This document shows, piece by piece, positions 26,944 through 32,000 of a stretch of 32,000 nucleotides of DNA. Under the pieces are notes generated by a model, which saw nothing but the letters and a program-made list of their open reading frames with translations, was not told the DNA's origin and made no database searches. A program made the position numbers and the translations under genes. Each line of letters begins with the position of its first letter. The first letter of the stretch is position 1. The stretch is from Fastidiosibacter lacustris (GTDB taxonomy: Bacteria > Pseudomonadota > Gammaproteobacteria > Francisellales > Francisellaceae): NCBI RefSeq assembly GCF_003428155.1, contig NZ_QLIR01000003.1, positions 60,001 to 92,000 on the forward strand. Direction: 5' to 3'.

Positions 26944-28494
26944 ATGAAAGACATACATCAACATAAATTACTAATTCTTGACTTTGGTTCTCAGTATACT
27001 CAACTCATTGCCAGACGTGTGCGTGAGATTGGTGTTTATTGCGAAATTTATTCATATGATGTGGCTATTGAACACATTAAAAGCTTTGCTGCTAAAGGAA
27101 TTATTCTCTCAGGTGGACCTGAGTCTGTTAATGAGTCAGAGTGTGTTCGCGCACCTGAATGTGTGTTTGAGCTTGGTGTACCTGTACTTGGAATTTGCTA
27201 TGGGATGCAAACGATGGTGCATCAATTTGGTGGTAAGGTAGCTTCCTCTGATAAGCGTGAGTTTGGCTATGCTAAGATCGAGTTAAAAACAACAAGCGTT
27301 TTATATAATGGCATTCCAGATGTACAAGATGTTTGGATGAGTCATGGCGATAAGGTTGTTGAGCTTGGTGAGCACTTTGAAGTGATTGCAGCATCAGAAA
27401 ATGCGCCTATTGCTGCTATGGCACATAAATGTCAACCTTTCTTTGGAGTGCAATACCATCCTGAGGTTACACATTCAGCTTATGGCAAAGAGCTATTAGA
27501 AAACTTCGCATTCAAAATATGTGGTTGTGAAGCACGGTGGAATCCAGCAAGCATCATTGAAGATGCGGTTAATAAGATTCGCAAACAAGTTGGAGAAGAT
27601 GAAGTAATACTTGGTCTATCAGGAGGCGTTGATTCTTCTGTAGTGGCAGCACTTTTACACAAAGCGATTGGGGATCAATTAACATGTGTATTTGTCGATA
27701 CAGGATTACTGCGTTTGCATGAAGGTGATCAGGTCATGCAGACTTTTGCTGAGAATATGCACGTTAAAGTCATTCGAGTAAATGCCGAATCGCGTTTTTT
27801 TGAAAAACTAAATAGTAACTCTGACCCAGAACAAAAACGTAAGTTGATTGGGACTTTATTTGTCGATATCTTTAATGAAGAGTCAAGTAAGCTTAAGAGG
27901 GCTAAATGGTTAGCACAAGGTACAATTTACCCTGATGTAATTGAATCAGCAGGGAGTGCTACAGGTAAAGCACATGTGATTAAATCACATCACAATGTAG
28001 GTGGTTTACCTGAAGATATGAAGTTAGCTTTGATTGAACCATTAAGAGAATTATTTAAGGACGAAGTACGCAAGGTTGGTATTGAACTTGGATTGCCTTA
28101 TCGGATGGTGTATCGCCATCCATTCCCAGGACCTGGTTTAGGTGTGCGTATTTTGGGGCAGGTCAAAAAAGAATATGCTGATATTCTTCGTCAAGCCGAT
28201 GCAATTTATATGCAAGAGCTTGAAAAAAGTGGTTGGTATGACAAGGTCAGTCAAGCATTTACGGTTTTTTTACCCGTTAAATCAGTGGGAGTTATGGGTG
28301 ATCAGCGTAAATATGACTATGTTGTCGCATTAAGGGCAGTTGAAACTATAGATTTTATGACTGCACGTTGGGCTCATTTACCTTATGAACTTATTGGTCA
28401 TATTTCTAATCGTATTGTCAACGAAGTCAAAGGCATTTCACGTGTGGTTTACGATGTAACAGGAAAGCCACCTGGAACGATTGAATGGGAGTAG
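26944..28494 (+). CDS. guaA: GMP synthase (glutamine-hydrolysing)
   Basis: 516 aa with a GATase domain ([29 protein letters not shown]), the ATP-PPase loop LSGGVDSSV, and the conserved C-terminus [10 protein letters not shown]. Confidence 0.95.
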   Translation: MKDIHQHKLLILDFGSQYTQLIARRVREIGVYCEIYSYDVAIEHIKSFAAKGIILSGGPESVNESECVRAPECVFELGVPVLGICYGMQTMVHQFGGKVASSDKREFGYAKIELKTTSVLYNGIPDVQDVWMSHGDKVVELGEHFEVIAASENAPIAAMAHKCQPFFGVQYHPEVTHSAYGKELLENFAFKICGCEARWNPASIIEDAVNKIRKQVGEDEVILGLSGGVDSSVVAALLHKAIGDQLTCVFVDTGLLRLHEGDQVMQTFAENMHVKVIRVNAESRFFEKLNSNSDPEQKRKLIGTLFVDIFNEESSKLKRAKWLAQGTIYPDVIESAGSATGKAHVIKSHHNVGGLPEDMKLALIEPLRELFKDEVRKVGIELGLPYRMVYRHPFPGPGLGVRILGQVKKEYADILRQADAIYMQELEKSGWYDKVSQAFTVFLPVKSVGVMGDQRKYDYVVALRAVETIDFMTARWAHLPYELIGHISNRIVNEVKGISRVVYDVTGKPPGTIEWE

Positions 28495-28580
28495 TTTTTC
28501 TCGAGTAAAATAGTTGTTTTGCTTGAGAAAATAAGCATAGTGAAGGATACTATTCTCAAACTAAAGAACCACTTGGTACT

Positions 28581-30458
28581 ATGTCAAAAACCAATCGTGT
28601 TAATTATCCACTCCTTTCAAAAATCAATTCACCGCATGATGTGCGTAGATTGTCTATTAGCCAGTTATCTGTTTTGGCAACTGAAATACGCATGTTCCTT
28701 GTTGAAACTTTAGATGTATCAGGTGGGCATTTTGCCAGCAGTTTAGGTGCTTTGGAACTTACTATTGCATTACACTATGTCTATGGTACACCGAATGACC
28801 GCTTGGTTTGGGATGTGGGACATCAAACCTATGTCCATAAGATTTTGACTGGGCGTGCGGATGAACTTATCACTATTAAAAAGTCAGGTGGTTTATCAGG
28901 ATTTCCTAAGCGATCAGAAAGTCAATACGATAGTTTTGGTGTTGGGCATTCTAGCACTTCAATTGGAGCTGCTCTTGGTATGGCTGAAGCCAATAAATTA
29001 AAAGGTGTGAACTATAAATCTGTTGCGGTCATTGGTGATGGGGCGCTCACTGCAGGAATGGCGTTTGAAGCACTTAATCATGCAGGTGGTATGCACGCCG
29101 ATATATTGGTGGTACTGAACGATAATGAAATGTCAATTTCTGAAAACGTGGGGGCCTTAACTGCACATTTGACTAAATTACTATCAGGTTCTGCTTATAA
29201 CAATTTTCGTGAAACAGGTAAAAGAATACTTAAGAAATTGCCTGGCGCGTTTGAAATTGCAAAGCGTATAGAAACGCAAGCTAAAGGCATGTTTGTTCCT
29301 GCAAATTTATTTGAAGCACTTAATTTCTATTATGTAGGGCCAATAAATGGGCATGATATAGATGGTTTGGTTGAAGCTTTAAAAACCCTTAAACATCATC
29401 AAGGTCCTAAGTTATTACATGTGTTAACCCAAAAAGGCAAAGGCTATGATAAGGCGGAAGAAGACCCGATTGCTTTTCATCATGTTAATCCTAAATTTAA
29501 TTCACAGCAAAAAGTAGAACAATCCGCTAAGGTTGCTACAAAGCCCACATATTCTAATATTTTTGGTAATTGGATATGTGATATGGCAGCTAAGAGTGGT
29601 CAACTTGTTGGTATTACACCCGCTATGCGTGAAGGTTCTGATTTAGTGCGTTTTTCCAAAGAATATCCTAATCGCTATTATGACGTTGCCATTGCTGAGC
29701 AGCATGCGATAACCTTTGCTGCAGGATTGGCTTGTGAGGGCTTTAAGCCAGTGGTGGCTATATATTCTACTTTCTTGCAACGTGCTTATGATCAAGTTAT
29801 TCATGATGTTAGCATTCAAAATTTGGATGTGCTTTATGCTGTCGATCGGGCAGGTTTAGTTGGTCCAGATGGTGCAACACATGCAGGAAGTTTTGATTTA
29901 AGCTTTATGCGCTGTATTCCCAATACAGTTATTATGACACCAAGCGATGAAAATGAATGTTATCATATGCTAAGCTTAGGTTATGAGCATAAAGGACCAG
30001 CAATGGTACGCTACCCAAGAGGAGCTGTTGTGGGTAAAGGGATTACACCAGAGCTTGACCTTAAATTAGGTCAAGCCAAATTACTAAGACAAGGTCAAGT
30101 GGTTGCAATTTTGAACTTTGGTACTTTATTGCCTATTGCATTAGAGGTAGCTGAAGTAGTTAATGCAACAGTTATCGATATGCGTTTTGTTAAACCTATA
30201 GATGAAAAAATGATTGAGCAATTAGCTAGCCAACATAGTTTGTTACTCACACTAGAGGAAAATGTGGTGATGGGTGGAGCAGGATCTGCAGTTAATGAAT
30301 ACTTAGTGACACATGATTTAATGACGAACTTAAAAGTTCGTAATATTGGTCTTCCAGATTACTATCAAAATCATGGCGATAAAAAAGAACTTCTAGCAGA
30401 AGTTGGAATCTCAGCTGCCAAAATTATTGAGTTAATAATGGAAGTTAAACAGTCCTAA
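28581..30458 (+). CDS. dxs: 1-deoxy-D-xylulose-5-phosphate synthase
   Basis: 625 aa with an N-terminal YPLL..I..P.D.R, GGH...SLG..EL, VWDVGHQ.Y.HKILTGR, the TPP motif GDGA.T.GMA.EA.N and DRAG.VG.DG.TH.G.FD. Confidence 0.95.
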   Translation: MSKTNRVNYPLLSKINSPHDVRRLSISQLSVLATEIRMFLVETLDVSGGHFASSLGALELTIALHYVYGTPNDRLVWDVGHQTYVHKILTGRADELITIKKSGGLSGFPKRSESQYDSFGVGHSSTSIGAALGMAEANKLKGVNYKSVAVIGDGALTAGMAFEALNHAGGMHADILVVLNDNEMSISENVGALTAHLTKLLSGSAYNNFRETGKRILKKLPGAFEIAKRIETQAKGMFVPANLFEALNFYYVGPINGHDIDGLVEALKTLKHHQGPKLLHVLTQKGKGYDKAEEDPIAFHHVNPKFNSQQKVEQSAKVATKPTYSNIFGNWICDMAAKSGQLVGITPAMREGSDLVRFSKEYPNRYYDVAIAEQHAITFAAGLACEGFKPVVAIYSTFLQRAYDQVIHDVSIQNLDVLYAVDRAGLVGPDGATHAGSFDLSFMRCIPNTVIMTPSDENECYHMLSLGYEHKGPAMVRYPRGAVVGKGITPELDLKLGQAKLLRQGQVVAILNFGTLLPIALEVAEVVNATVIDMRFVKPIDEKMIEQLASQHSLLLTLEENVVMGGAGSAVNEYLVTHDLMTNLKVRNIGLPDYYQNHGDKKELLAEVGISAAKIIELIMEVKQS

Positions 30459-30612
30459 GATTTTAATAGGACGTTATATTATTCAATATTCAAAGTCTAT
30501 CAAATGTCTAAACAACAATCACAAGCCTGCTCAATCCTGACTTTTTTGTTTGCCAATAAGAGACTGATAACTTAGGTAAAAACTTTCCAATTCTATGTAC
30601 TTTCTAGTATGA

Positions 30613-32000
<1,388 letters not shown>

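Noticed and set aside
28496-28531. 10-bp stem including one G-U (TTTTCTCGAG-N16-CTTGAGAAAA) immediately after the guaA stop.
   Set aside because: The loop is large (16 nt) and there is no trailing U-tract, so it is not a canonical intrinsic terminator. I cannot separate it from chance in AT-rich DNA without folding-energy statistics.
28604-28612. TTATCCACT, an 8/9 match to the DnaA box TTATCCACA.
   Set aside because: It is a single occurrence inside the dxs coding sequence, with no cluster or AT-rich unwinding element, so it is not an origin.
28519-28713. 64-aa plus-strand ORF overlapping the dxs start.
   Set aside because: It is out of frame with the strongly supported dxs and has no motifs.

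Overview
This is an AT-rich, densely coding chromosomal segment from a Gram-negative bacterium, probably a gammaproteobacterium. That call rests on lptF/lptG, Mla/MCE genes and close matches to E. coli YcgN, YgfZ, RsgA, RsmD and IbpA; I cannot name the genus from sequence alone. I call 30 protein-coding genes, almost all core housekeeping. They are coaE (partial), pyrB, a small orphan HTH protein, ibpA-like sHSP, a short Ppx/GppA, rarA, an S41 C-terminal protease, udk, comF, a UPF0126/TRIC-like channel, rsmD, lptG, lptF, a 4-gene MlaE/MlaF/MCE/PqiC-like-lipoprotein operon, rep, ygfZ, rsgA, fabG, fabD, ycgN, ispB, a divergent NSS/SNF-like transporter, a FUSC-like membrane protein, a CNNM/CorC-family protein, guaA, dxs and ligA (partial). 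Genes from about 7.4 to 24.3 kb form one uninterrupted minus-strand block with several overlapping stop/start junctions. I found no tRNA, rRNA, CRISPR array, IS element, transposase, integrase, phage gene or recognisable defence or toxin-antitoxin module. I do not see convincing evidence for a novel multi-gene system here; it reads as an ordinary core-genome region. Four items are most worth a second look: (1) a ROSE-like RNA-thermometer hairpin with a possible sigma-32 promoter upstream of the sHSP gene; (2) the only low-coding-density patch, 1433-2235, holding an orphan 96-aa HTH protein and a 431-bp ORF-free spacer; (3) a hybrid MCE envelope-lipid transport operon next to lptFG; (4) an NSS-family transporter whose TM1 signature appears degenerate. 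All functional calls come from reading the translations by eye, with no database search.
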